From Polyangiales bacterium (GTDB taxonomy: Bacteria > Myxococcota_A > Polyangia > Polyangiales > Polyangiaceae): a DNA stretch of 64,000 nucleotides. Of the stretch, positions 27,397-37,118 are shown in pieces; position 1 is the first letter of the stretch; each line of letters begins with the position of its first letter. The position numbers and the translations under genes were made by a program. Below the pieces are notes generated by a model that saw only the letters and a list, made by a program, of their open reading frames with translations, made no database searches and was not told where the DNA came from. The stretch lies in NCBI GenBank assembly GCA_038230375.1, contig JBBRNJ010000008.1, positions 1-64,000 on the forward strand, read 5' to 3'.

Positions 27397-29676
27397 ATGT
27401 TCTCGATCATCATCAGCGAAAAGGGCGGCGCAGAACGTCGCGAGTCCTTCGACAAGAACGAGATCAATGTTGGGCGCGTGCAGGGTAACGACCTCATGCT
27501 GCCCAAGGGCAACGTATCGAAGCACCACGCTCGTCTCCTCTATCGAGATGGCCGCTTCATCGTCACCGACCTCAAGAGCACGAACGGCACCTACGTCAAC
27601 GGTCGCAAGATCGCGCAGGCGACGATCGTCCGCGAGGGCGACAAGATCTACATCGGCGACTTCGTCATTCGTCTCGAAGGGCAAGCAGGCGATGCGCCCG
27701 CCGAGGCCGCTGCCGGCATGGAGGACGAGTCCATCCGCACGCTCGCCCGTGAACGCGATCAGGTCCAGATGCGTCCTGGCGTTCCCGCGGTCACGCTGAA
27801 GGCGCCAACACATCCGCCCGGCGCGCCCATACCCATGGCGAAGCCCATGAACGCTGTCGTCACCACCGCGGCTCCACAGCGCGCGCCCGAGCCACCGCCG
27901 CGCGAGCCGACTCCTCCTCCGCCGTCGCCGTCGCCTCCGCCCGCTGCCGTTGACCAGGAGGACTCGAGCCCCGCATACGAGCTCGACAAGATGCCAGAGG
28001 CAGCCGACGAGGACGGTACGCCGCAGCCAAAGCCGGCACCGCCCGTACCGCCGCGCGCTTCCGTCGCGCCTCCGCCCGAGCCTCCCCGTCCTGCAGGCGT
28101 CGCCGCGCCCGAGCGTCCAGCTCGGCCCCACACGATGCCGTTGCAGGGCATGCCTAACCCACCGCGGATCGGCGCGCCGAACGCGCCTGTGCGCGCGACC
28201 ATTCCTCCCGTGCCTGGCCCTCCGCCAGCCGCAGCGCCTCCGCCGCGTGAGCCCTCGCGCGATCCGGTCGTGCGTGAAGCCCCCGCCCGTGAGGCGACCC
28301 GCGAATCCAGGGAGGTGCGCGAGCCCGCACGCGAGGCCAACCGTGAGTCGGCGCCCAGGGAGACCGCAGCTCCTCCGGCTCCAGCGAGCAGCATGCAGAC
28401 CGCGCCTCCGCCGCCTCCGCCGCGCGCGCCGACTGCATCCTCGAAGGAGCAAGCGGGTCGACGGCTCGCTCTGCAGATGTTGCTCGGGCGCATCGCGGAC
28501 GCCACGGATCTCGCGCGCCTCGGACAGAGCGCCATCGTTGCAGACGCGTTCTCCCAGGAGCTCGAGCGCACGGCAAAGGAACAAGCCGCGGCGATGCGCG
28601 ACGAGGGGGAGGCTCCCGAGGGCATCGATCTCGACATGCTCGCGCGCGATGCGCACCTGGAGCTCACGCAGCTCGGCATCGTCTCCACGTTGCTCGACGA
28701 CGACTCCGTCACCGAGATCCACATTCCCCGCTTCGATCAGGTGTTCGCCGTTCGCGGCCACGCGCTGAGCCCCGCTGAGCTCGCGTTCACCAGCGACGAG
28801 GCGCTCGCCCGCGCCATCCGTCGCATCGCCGCGCAGACCTCGCATCCCGTCAAGGAAGGCGAGACCATCATCGAGCGTCGCCACCCGCGCGGGAGCGTCA
28901 CCGCCGTGCTTCCGCCCACGTCCGCGGCAAGCGTGCTCAGCATCAAGAAGCGTCGTCGTGTGGACGACAAGCTCGACGATCTGCTCCGCCAGGGACGGCT
29001 CTCCAAGCCCATCGCCGCGTTCTTCGACGCTTGCGTGCAGGGCCGCGCGAACATCCTTGTCACGGGGGCAGCGACGTCGTCGGTGTCTTCCATTCTTGCT
29101 GCGCTCGCTGGCGCTGCACCAGCAGGCGAGCGTCTCGCGGTCATCTACGACACGGACGAAGTGCACGCACCGCAGGCCCATGTCGTCTCCCTTGCGATCG
29201 GCAGCGATCGACGTCACGCCGCGGACGTGGTCCAGGCGACCCGAAAGATGCAGTCTGCACGCATCATCGTGACGGAGATGGGCTTCGGCGTCAGCGATGC
29301 GCTGCTGGAGGCGATCGCCGAAGGCGCGCAGGGCGTCTACGCGGGCATGCCTGCACCGTCGCTCCGCCAGGCCGTCTCCCGCCTCACTGCGCAGCTGCTT
29401 CTGGGACGTCCAGGCATCTCGCAAGAGGGCTCTCGCGAGCTCGTCGCCGAGGCGTTCGACATTGGCGTGGAGGTCCAGGCCGGCCCCGATGGCGTCGCCA
29501 AGATCACGCGGGTCGCAGAGCTGAACGGCACGGACCCGAAGGGCGTCGTCCTGCGCGACATCTTCGCAAGCACCGGCGACGGCGACTTCACGGCAACGGG
29601 CGTCACGCCGAAGCTAGCCGGCGAGCTCACCGCCCGCGGCGTGAAGCTCGACACCAGCATCTTCAAGCGCAAGTAG
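27397..29676 (+). CDS. FHA domain - Pro-rich linker - degenerate CpaF/TadA-like ATPase
   Basis: FHA VGRVQGND...VSKHHA...STNGTYVNG; LLDDDSVTEI, LSIKK, NILVTG, RIIVTE; Walker A lacks GKT. Confidence 0.85.
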   Translation: MFSIIISEKGGAERRESFDKNEINVGRVQGNDLMLPKGNVSKHHARLLYRDGRFIVTDLKSTNGTYVNGRKIAQATIVREGDKIYIGDFVIRLEGQAGDAPAEAAAGMEDESIRTLARERDQVQMRPGVPAVTLKAPTHPPGAPIPMAKPMNAVVTTAAPQRAPEPPPREPTPPPPSPSPPPAAVDQEDSSPAYELDKMPEAADEDGTPQPKPAPPVPPRASVAPPPEPPRPAGVAAPERPARPHTMPLQGMPNPPRIGAPNAPVRATIPPVPGPPPAAAPPPREPSRDPVVREAPAREATRESREVREPAREANRESAPRETAAPPAPASSMQTAPPPPPPRAPTASSKEQAGRRLALQMLLGRIADATDLARLGQSAIVADAFSQELERTAKEQAAAMRDEGEAPEGIDLDMLARDAHLELTQLGIVSTLLDDDSVTEIHIPRFDQVFAVRGHALSPAELAFTSDEALARAIRRIAAQTSHPVKEGETIIERRHPRGSVTAVLPPTSAASVLSIKKRRRVDDKLDDLLRQGRLSKPIAAFFDACVQGRANILVTGAATSSVSSILAALAGAAPAGERLAVIYDTDEVHAPQAHVVSLAIGSDRRHAADVVQATRKMQSARIIVTEMGFGVSDALLEAIAEGAQGVYAGMPAPSLRQAVSRLTAQLLLGRPGISQEGSRELVAEAFDIGVEVQAGPDGVAKITRVAELNGTDPKGVVLRDIFASTGDGDFTATGVTPKLAGELTARGVKLDTSIFKRK

Positions 29677-29701
29677 CGCGCGCGACCTCTGCTCCAAAGT
29701 T

Positions 29702-30211
29702 CTAGAGCGCTTGCGCGTCCTGGCGCTTTTGCATCTTGCGATGCACGAGGCGCTTCTTCAGCGGGCCCAGGTGGTCGATCATGAGGATGCCGTTGAGGTG
29801 ATCGAGCTCGTGCTGGATGGCCACGGCGAGGAGGCCCTCGGCGTCGAGCTCGAAGGCCTTGCCCTGGCGGTCCATCGCCCTGACCTTCACCTTGGCCGCG
29901 CGGTCAACGTCCTCCGTCACGCCCGGGAAGCTGAGGCAGCCCTCCGTCCACGTGATCTCGTCGGCGCGCTCCATGATCTCGGGGTTGATGAAGACACGCA
30001 GGTCGCTCGGCGCGTCCGCCTCCGCGATGTCGATCACGAAGATGGCAACGGCCTCGCCGATCTGCGTGGCCGCGAGACCCACGCCAGGCGCCGCGTACAT
30101 GGTCTCGGCCATGTCGTCGACCAATGCCTGGATTTCCTTCGTCACCTTGTCGACCTTCTTGCCGACCTGACGAAGACGCTCATCCGGATAGTGGAGGATC
30201 GTACGAACCAT
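29702..30211 (-). CDS. def: Peptide deformylase
   Basis: GVGLAATQIG, EGCLS, QHELDHLNG. Confidence 0.97.
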   Translation of the reverse strand: MVRTILHYPDERLRQVGKKVDKVTKEIQALVDDMAETMYAAPGVGLAATQIGEAVAIFVIDIAEADAPSDLRVFINPEIMERADEITWTEGCLSFPGVTEDVDRAAKVKVRAMDRQGKAFELDAEGLLAVAIQHELDHLNGILMIDHLGPLKKRLVHRKMQKRQDAQAL

Positions 30212-30273
30212 GGCGCTCTCTCTTACGTTAATCCTTCTTTCACGATTGCCAAAGGAACTGACGTAACTAATCG

Positions 30274-31389
30274 TTACCCCTCGGGAAACATGAGGCGGCC
30301 GTGGACGTAGGCGTCCTCGCCACAGAGCTCCCACTTGGGCTTGCCGATGCGCGGCGCGTCCGTGGGCGCATCTGGACCCGCCCAGTCCACCGCTCCCGGA
30401 CGGCCGCGTGGGCCCAGCAGGATGGGCGCCACGAACGCATGCAGCTCGTCCGCAAGGCGCGCCGCCAGGAAGCTGCCAGCGAGCTCAGCGCCGCCCTCCA
30501 CCATCAGGCTCACGATGCCGCGCTCACAGAGCATGCGAAGGGCCGCGGTGACGTCGATACGTCCCTCCGCCGAGTGCGGGCAGCGCAGTACGCCGACGCC
30601 CAGCGTGGTGAGCAGCTCCTCATTCGGCGCGGGTGCGTCCTCGCCGCAAAGGACCCACGTCGGGAACTGCGATGCCGTCTTCACGAGACGTGACTCGGTG
30701 GACACGCGGAGCTTCGTGTCGAAGATCACGCGGAGCGGCGTGAGGCCCGGCGCGTCGCGCACGGTGAGCCGCGGGTCGTCGGCGAGCGCGGTGCCGATCC
30801 CCACGCCCACGGCGTCGTGCTTGGCGCGCAGCGAGTGCACGCGCGCGCGCGCGTCCTGGCCCGTGACCCACTTGGAGGCGCCGGTGCGCGTGGCGATGCG
30901 ACCATCCAGGCTGAGGGCAAGCTTCAGCGTCACGTAAGGCAGACCCAGCGTGACGAACTTCACCCACGGCGCGATGACCTGCGTGGCCTCTTCCTCGCGC
31001 ACGCCAATGGTCACCTCCACGCCGGACGCGCGTAGCTTCTCTGCACCGCCGCCAGCCACGTGTGGGTTGGGGTCCTTGCAGCCGATGACGACGCGCTTGA
31101 TTCCGGCCTTGATGATGGCATCCGTGCACGGCGGCGTACGGCCCGTGTGGTTGCAGGGCTCCAGCGTCACGTAGAGCGTGGCGCCCTTCGTGAGCTCGCC
31201 CGCGAGCTTGAACGCCATGACCTCCGCGTGGTCCGCGCCCGCGCGCTCGTGGTGGCCGGTGGAGATGAGCTCATCCGACGTGGCGGAGACGATCGCGGCG
31301 CCCACATGCGGGTTCGGAGAGGGACGCCCCGTCCGCGCATGATCGAGCGCCACGGCCATCCATTTCTCGTCAGCGCTCTTGTCGCTCAT
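30274..31389 (-). CDS. ribD: Bifunctional riboflavin deaminase/reductase
   Basis: [31 protein letters not shown]. Confidence 0.96.
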   Translation of the reverse strand: MSDKSADEKWMAVALDHARTGRPSPNPHVGAAIVSATSDELISTGHHERAGADHAEVMAFKLAGELTKGATLYVTLEPCNHTGRTPPCTDAIIKAGIKRVVIGCKDPNPHVAGGGAEKLRASGVEVTIGVREEEATQVIAPWVKFVTLGLPYVTLKLALSLDGRIATRTGASKWVTGQDARARVHSLRAKHDAVGVGIGTALADDPRLTVRDAPGLTPLRVIFDTKLRVSTESRLVKTASQFPTWVLCGEDAPAPNEELLTTLGVGVLRCPHSAEGRIDVTAALRMLCERGIVSLMVEGGAELAGSFLAARLADELHAFVAPILLGPRGRPGAVDWAGPDAPTDAPRIGKPKWELCGEDAYVHGRLMFPEG

Positions 31390-31877
31390 GAACCGGGGGC
31401 CTTCTCGTCCAGCTTGTTAGCACCGTTTTCGCGCGCCAGCAGGTCTAGCTCCGCGCGGAACTCCGACACATCGCGGAAGGACCGGTAGACGCTGGCGAAG
31501 CGCACGTACGCGACCTCGTCGAGCGAGCGCAGGCGCGACATCACCATCTCGCCGATGCGTGTTCCGGGGACCTCCTTGTCCTGCGACTCGACCAGCTCGC
31601 GCTCGATCGAGTCCACGAGGCCCTCCATCGCGTCGAGCGTCACCGGGCGTTTCTCGCAGGCGCGCCGGATGCCCGAGAGGACCTTCTTGCGGTCGAAGAG
31701 CTCGCGCCGGCCATCCTTCTTGATGACCATGGGCAGCGTCTCCTCGACGCGCTCGTAGGTCGTGAACCTGCGCGCGCATTTCTCGCACTCGCGGCGCCGA
31801 CGAATCACGTCGCCGGCCGTGGAGGCTCGCGAGTCCGTCACTTTGCTTTCTTCGAAGCCGCAGAAGGGGCACTTCAC
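31386..31877 (-). CDS. nrdR: Transcriptional repressor NrdR
   Basis: KCPFC...[19 protein letters not shown]-cone, [15 protein letters not shown] start. Confidence 0.97.
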   Translation of the reverse strand: MKCPFCGFEESKVTDSRASTAGDVIRRRRECEKCARRFTTYERVEETLPMVIKKDGRRELFDRKKVLSGIRRACEKRPVTLDAMEGLVDSIERELVESQDKEVPGTRIGEMVMSRLRSLDEVAYVRFASVYRSFRDVSEFRAELDLLARENGANKLDEKAPGS

Positions 31878-32230
31878 GACGGGGCTGCATCTAGCAAACC
31901 CCCGGGGTTTGTACACATCCATCGGTGTTTTGCGCCGACGGCTCCTCGTGCGACTATGGAGAAGAGAGCGGCCCATTGTGTGCGCTGACGTTTTCGGTGC
32001 CGGTCGAGGATGTGGTGCTTCGGATGGGTGCTCGCCCAAACGGCCGCGCGGAGAATCGGTGCACTGTGCACGCAGTGGGCCGCCGGCGCAGCTCGTCGTC
32101 TCATTGCACGGCCGCGCAGCCGCGCTGGCCATTTCATTCGCAGAGGATCACATAGGCAACGTGGGATTACGTATCGTCATCACCTCGCACGAGGAGGCTG
32201 CATGGTTTATCGGCGAAAAACAGCAGGCTC

Positions 32231-32665
32231 CTAAAGCTCGATCTTGGCGACTCGTGTCGCGTGGCGGCTCTCGTCCTTGGAGAACGGCGTGGCGATCCAC
32301 CAGTCCACGATGTCCGCGGCGAGGCCCGACCCGACGACGCGCTCACCGAGGGTGAGGACGTTCGCGTCGTTGTGCATGCGCGAGTAACGCGCCGTGAACG
32401 TGTCCGAGCAGTTCACCGCGCGAACGCCCTTGTGGCGGTTCGCCGCGATGGCCATTCCGACGCCGGTGCCGCAGACCAGGAGCCCGCGCTCCGCCGTGCC
32501 CTCGGCGACCGCGGTCGCGACCTTGTGGGCGTAGTCCGGATAGTCCGTGCTCTCTCCGGACTGCGTCCCGATGTCGGTGACCTCGTGGCCGGCCTTCCGC
32601 AGGCGCTCGACCAGGACGTTCTTCAGGTTGTAGCCGCCATGGTCCGCAGCAGCGATAATCTTCAT
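32231..32665 (-). CDS. rpiB: Ribose-5-phosphate isomerase B
   Basis: ADHGG, DYPD, CGTGVG, HNDANVL, RHATRV. Confidence 0.96.
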   Translation of the reverse strand: MKIIAAADHGGYNLKNVLVERLRKAGHEVTDIGTQSGESTDYPDYAHKVATAVAEGTAERGLLVCGTGVGMAIAANRHKGVRAVNCSDTFTARYSRMHNDANVLTLGERVVGSGLAADIVDWWIATPFSKDESRHATRVAKIEL

Positions 32666-32668
32666 GGT

Positions 32669-33931
32669 TCAGCCTTCGAATCTGGAGAGCACCAGCGAGC
32701 AGTTGGTGCCGCCGAAGCCGAACGAGTTGTTCACGGCGTGGCGGATGCGGCGCTCGCGTGCCGTGTTGGGGATGTAGTCCAGCTTGCACTCGGGATCCTG
32801 GTCCACGAGGTTCATGGTGGGCGGGATCCGACCCTCCGCGATGGCAAGGGCGCACACGGCGCTCTCGACCGCGCCCGCGGCCCCGAGCAGGTGACCCATC
32901 ATGGACTTGGTGCTGCTGGTCCACACGTGGTCGAGCGCATTGCCGGAGACCTTGGTGGCCCATTCGCCGAAGACGGCCTCGATGGCCTGTGACTCGGCCA
33001 CGTCGCCCGCGGGCGTCGAGGTGCCGTGCATATTGATGTAATCTACATCTGTCGGATTGATGTGCGCGTCCTTGAGCGCCATTTTCATCGACCGCTGCGC
33101 GCCTTCGCCGCGGGGTGCAGGCTGCGTCAGGTGGTGGGCGTCGCTGGTGGCGCCATAGCCGGTGATCTCGCAGTAGATACGAGCGCCGCGCTTCTTTGCG
33201 TGCGTGAGGGATTCCAGGATGAGCACCGCGGCGCCCTCGCCGCAGACGAAGCCGTCGCGACCCTTGTCGAACGGGCGGCTCGCGTGGAGCGGGTCATCGT
33301 TGCGCTTGGAGAGCGCGAACATGGCCTCGAAGCCGCCGATGCCGACGGGGGTGACCGTGGCCTCTGCGCCGCCAGCGACCATGACCTGGCACCTGCCACG
33401 ACGGATCCACTCCGCCGCTTCGCCGAGCGCGTGCGCCGAAGAGGAGCACGCGCTGGTGGTGCAGTAGCTCGGCCCGCGCAGGCCCCACTTCATGCTGATC
33501 TGCCCGGCCGCGAGGTTCGAGATGATCGTCGGGATCGCGTAGGGGCTGACCTTGCCAGGGCCCTTCGTGAGAATGACCTCCTTGGTCCTCTCCAGGGAAG
33601 CAAGGCCGCCAAGACCCACGCCGATGAAGCAGCCGGTCTCGTCGCGCTCTTCGTCGGTGAGCTCGAGCTTCGCGTCGTCGAACGCAAACTTGGCCGCGCC
33701 CATCGCGAACTCGTCGAACCGATCGAGCTCCTTCTGCTTCTTCTTCTCGACGAACGGGGACACGTCCCAGTTCTTCACCTCGGCCGCGATCTTCACGCGG
33801 AACTGGGTGGTGTCGAAGAGGGTGATCGGCGCAACGCCAGACTTTCCCTCGAGGAGCGCAGACCACGACTCGCGCGTCCCGGTTCCCACCGGGCTCACGA
33901 TTCCGATCCCCGTGACGACCACTCGCTCCAT
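32669..33931 (-). CDS. fabF: 3-oxoacyl-ACP synthase II
   Basis: ACSSS, SRPFDKGRDGF, HGTST, KSMMGHLLGAAG, NSFGFGG. Confidence 0.96.
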   Translation of the reverse strand: MERVVVTGIGIVSPVGTGTRESWSALLEGKSGVAPITLFDTTQFRVKIAAEVKNWDVSPFVEKKKQKELDRFDEFAMGAAKFAFDDAKLELTDEERDETGCFIGVGLGGLASLERTKEVILTKGPGKVSPYAIPTIISNLAAGQISMKWGLRGPSYCTTSACSSSAHALGEAAEWIRRGRCQVMVAGGAEATVTPVGIGGFEAMFALSKRNDDPLHASRPFDKGRDGFVCGEGAAVLILESLTHAKKRGARIYCEITGYGATSDAHHLTQPAPRGEGAQRSMKMALKDAHINPTDVDYINMHGTSTPAGDVAESQAIEAVFGEWATKVSGNALDHVWTSSTKSMMGHLLGAAGAVESAVCALAIAEGRIPPTMNLVDQDPECKLDYIPNTARERRIRHAVNNSFGFGGTNCSLVLSRFEG

Positions 33932-33967
33932 GAAGAGATCTCTCCGACGCTCTTGCGGCCGGCGCCG

Positions 33968-34210
33968 CTACTTCTTCGCGTTGCGCTCGATGTAATCGAT
34001 CGCGTCCTGCACGGTGCGGATCTTCTCCGTGTCCTCGTCCGGGATGTCGATCTCGAACGCTTCCTCGAACGCGAGGACGAGCTCGACGAGTCCGAGCGAG
34101 TCGGCTCCGAGGTCCTCGATGAACGTGGACTCGGGCTTGATGTCTTTTTCGTCGACGTCGAGCTGCTCTTTGATGATGCGCTTGACTTCGCTGGGAATGT
34201 CCTGAGCCAT
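33968..34210 (-). CDS. acpP: Acyl carrier protein
   Basis: DLGADSL phosphopantetheine site, [11 protein letters not shown]. Confidence 0.97.
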   Translation of the reverse strand: MAQDIPSEVKRIIKEQLDVDEKDIKPESTFIEDLGADSLGLVELVLAFEEAFEIDIPDEDTEKIRTVQDAIDYIERNAKK

Positions 34211-34338
34211 GGGCGTGGTCATAGCCGATTCGCAGAGGGCGGGGGAACCGAAAAAAGCCTCAGGCATCGTTATTTTGCGCGAACGCCACCACGCGGGCGC
34301 GTAGCGTCATTCGCGCGAAACGAACCCCCCGAGTTGCC

Positions 34339-35085
34339 TCACATGTGCATGCCACCGTTAACGCGCAGCACCTGGCCCGTGACGTAGTTGGCTTCGTCGC
34401 TCGCGAGATACACGCAGGCAGCCGCGATGTCCTTCGCGGTGCCGGTGCGGCCGAGCGGGATGAGCTTGTTCAGCTGCTCCTTCATCGCAAGGGTGATGCC
34501 GGTCGTCATGTCCGTGTCGATGTAGCCGGGAGCGATGACGTTCGCCGTGATGCCACGCGAGGCGTACTCGCGGGCCACGGACTTGGCCACGCCCATGAGG
34601 GCGGCCTTGGTGGCCGCGTACGCGGTCTGCCCGGCGTTGCCCATCTCTCCCACGACGCTGCCCAGGTAGATCACCCGGCCCGAGCGCGCCTTCATCATGG
34701 CGCGCGTGGCGGCCTTGGTGGCCGCGATGGCGCCCTTCACGTTCACCGCGAACAGACGGTCCAGGTCCTCTTCCTTCAGGCGAAGGAGCAGCCCGTCGAT
34801 GGCGATGCCAGCGTTGGCAACGAGGATGTCCATGCGCTTGTGCTTCTCGATCAGGCCTTCGATCGCGGTCTCGACGGCCTTCGAGTCCGCCACGTCGAAG
34901 CCGATGATCTCTGCCTTGCCGCCCTTCGCGATGATGCCGTCGGCCACTTCCTTCGCGGCCGCTTCGCCCTTCACGTAGTTGATGATCACGTGCGCGCCGC
35001 TCTCCGCGAGCGCCTCCGCGCATGCCCGCCCGATCCCACGCGAGCCACCGGTCACCAGCGCTACTTTTCCGTCGAGTCGAAACAT
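34339..35085 (-). CDS. fabG: 3-oxoacyl-ACP reductase
   Basis: TGGSRGIG, NAG, YAATK, GQVLRVNGG; fab operon context. Confidence 0.95.
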   Translation of the reverse strand: MFRLDGKVALVTGGSRGIGRACAEALAESGAHVIINYVKGEAAAKEVADGIIAKGGKAEIIGFDVADSKAVETAIEGLIEKHKRMDILVANAGIAIDGLLLRLKEEDLDRLFAVNVKGAIAATKAATRAMMKARSGRVIYLGSVVGEMGNAGQTAYAATKAALMGVAKSVAREYASRGITANVIAPGYIDTDMTTGITLAMKEQLNKLIPLGRTGTAKDIAAACVYLASDEANYVTGQVLRVNGGMHM

Positions 35086-35099
35086 GGTGTTTTCCTTTT

Positions 35100-36050
35100 T
35101 CAAGCCTGCGTGAGGAAGGCGTGCGCCGCATCGAGCGACGCCTTGTCGCTCACGCCCACGACCTTGATGTCTTTTGCGATGCGGCGGCAGAGGCCCGCGA
35201 GCACCTTGCCCGGCCCGATCTCCAGAGCGGCCGTCACGCCCTCCCGGGCCATCAGCGTAACGCTCTCCTCCCAGCGAACGGCGCCGTCCACCTGTGACAC
35301 GAGCAGCGAGCGTACGCGCGCGGCGTCCTGGTTCGGCTTTGCGTCGAAGTTCGCGATCACCGGGAATGTAGGGGCATTCACGGTCACGGATGCAAGACGC
35401 GTCTCCACCACGCGCGCTGCAGGCGCCATCAACGCGGAGTGGAAAGGCGCGCTGACCTTGAGCGGGATCACCTTGCCCTTCTGCTCCGAGATCAGCTGGC
35501 CGGCGCGCTCCACCGCGGCGGCATGACCCGCGATGACGATCTGCCCGGGCGCGTTGAAGTTCGCTGGAGAGACCACCTCGCCCGGGATCTCCCTCTCGGC
35601 CTGCGCGCAGAGCGCGGCGAGCTTCTCCGCGTCGACGCCCATGACGGCCGCCATTGCGCCCGTTCCTGCGGGGACAGCCGCCTGCATGGCCTCACCGCGC
35701 GCGCGCACGAGCCGCACGGCGTCCTCGAGCGAGAGCGCGCCCGCTGCGACGAGCGCGGAATACTCGCCCAGCGAGTGACCTGCCGCGAACCGTGGCAGTT
35801 GCAGGGCGGGGAACACCTCGCGCAGTGCTTCGAGCGCGGCGATGCTCGTTGTGACGATCGCTGGCTGCGCGTTCGCCGTGAGCGTCAGCTGCCCCTCGGG
35901 GCCCTCGAAGATGAGGGTGGAGAGCTTCTCACCCAGCGCGGCGTCCGCTCGCTCGAAGACGTCACGTGCCGCCTTCGAGGACTCGAACAGGTCCTTGCCC
36001 ATGCCCACGAACTGCGAGCCCTGCCCGGGGAACAGCCACGCCAATTGCAT
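35100..36050 (-). CDS. fabD: Malonyl-CoA:ACP transacylase
   Basis: FPGQGSQ, GHSLGEY, VSAPFHS; alternative start 36062. Confidence 0.96.
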   Translation of the reverse strand: MQLAWLFPGQGSQFVGMGKDLFESSKAARDVFERADAALGEKLSTLIFEGPEGQLTLTANAQPAIVTTSIAALEALREVFPALQLPRFAAGHSLGEYSALVAAGALSLEDAVRLVRARGEAMQAAVPAGTGAMAAVMGVDAEKLAALCAQAEREIPGEVVSPANFNAPGQIVIAGHAAAVERAGQLISEQKGKVIPLKVSAPFHSALMAPAARVVETRLASVTVNAPTFPVIANFDAKPNQDAARVRSLLVSQVDGAVRWEESVTLMAREGVTAALEIGPGKVLAGLCRRIAKDIKVVGVSDKASLDAAHAFLTQA

Positions 36051-36106
36051 GCGCGCGACCATAGCGGAGGCTCATGGGCGAGCAATGCCAAAAACCAGGA
36101 GCCCGG

Positions 36107-36367
36107 TCAGCCGCCGCCGCCTGCGTCCGTGGCTCCCGCGGTGCCCGCGTCGGTGCCCGCGGTGTCGGTGGCCGTCGCGGTCGCGGAGCCGCTGCCGCTT
36201 GCAGCACCGGTACCGCCCGTGGCGGCGCCAGTCCCGACACGCCCGCCACCCTGATAGCTGCCCTCCTCGAAGATGCAGGCGGGCGCGGCGGCAACGAGCA
36301 GCAGGACGAGAATGGATGCTCGGCGAACGCGCTTGCGGGCGCTGGCGTCTTGGTGGTGCGCGTTCAT
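36107..36367 (-). CDS. Small lipoprotein-like Gly/Ala/Thr-rich peptide
   Basis: RKRVRR, hydrophobic stretch, APAC, then YQGGGR and TDAG repeats; ATGA overlap with the upstream gene. Confidence 0.6.
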   Translation of the reverse strand: MNAHHQDASARKRVRRASILVLLLVAAAPACIFEEGSYQGGGRVGTGAATGGTGAASGSGSATATATDTAGTDAGTAGATDAGGGG

Positions 36368-37104
36368 TGGAGCGAGTCGCATTTCCAGTCGCCTCCCGTC
36401 AGGTTGGTCTCGCCTTGCGCGGTCTGACCACCACCGCGGTTGGTGGGGCAGGCGCCGCCTGGTTGCGCGTACGAGTCCACGTTGGTCGGACCGTTCACGA
36501 GGTCGTTGGTGCACGGGACCTGGCACGTGCAGAAGAGCTGCTGCTGGCTCGCGGCACCCAGCTCGGGGCACTTGTCGCCGATGCGATAGAAGCCAAAGCA
36601 CGTCGCGTTGGCCAGGATCTGCGCATCCGGGCACGGCGGGAACTGGATGCTGAACTTGACGGTCTTCTGCTTCTGACCGTCCAGGAAGATCTGGCACTCG
36701 TAGTCGCCCGCCTGGTACGGGAGGCCATCTGTCTGCGCGCCCTTTGCGTCTTCCTTGATGAGCAGCAGCGACTGGAGGCCGCGCCCGGACGGGCCCGGGG
36801 CGATCTCGACCTCGGTCGGGTATGCGTCGTACGCGACGAGCTGGTTCTGCACGAAGTCGTAGCGAGACACCTGGTGCAGCTTGATGTTCAGCGTCACGTC
36901 CTTCCGGACGGCGGCGAACTCCGCCACACAGTAGATCTGCGCGGTGTCCGTGAAGAAGACATTCCGCTTGCGGTCGCCGGCTCCGTCGAGCGCCATGTAC
37001 GCGTCGTCGACGTTGGCGGTGGCCGTGCACGCCACGGAGAGGACAGGTGATCCGAACAGCAGAGCCCCCCAGAAAATGCCGGCTACGCGAGCTCGATCGA
37101 GCAT
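36364..37104 (-). CDS. Hypothetical Cys-containing lipoprotein
   Basis: Lipobox SVAC; beta-rich domain (MALDGAGDRKRNVFFTDT...GDYECQIFLDG) and Cys-rich tail. Confidence 0.75.
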   Translation of the reverse strand: MLDRARVAGIFWGALLFGSPVLSVACTATANVDDAYMALDGAGDRKRNVFFTDTAQIYCVAEFAAVRKDVTLNIKLHQVSRYDFVQNQLVAYDAYPTEVEIAPGPSGRGLQSLLLIKEDAKGAQTDGLPYQAGDYECQIFLDGQKQKTVKFSIQFPPCPDAQILANATCFGFYRIGDKCPELGAASQQQLFCTCQVPCTNDLVNGPTNVDSYAQPGGACPTNRGGGQTAQGETNLTGGDWKCDSLQ

Positions 37105-37118
37105 CAAACGAGCATACG

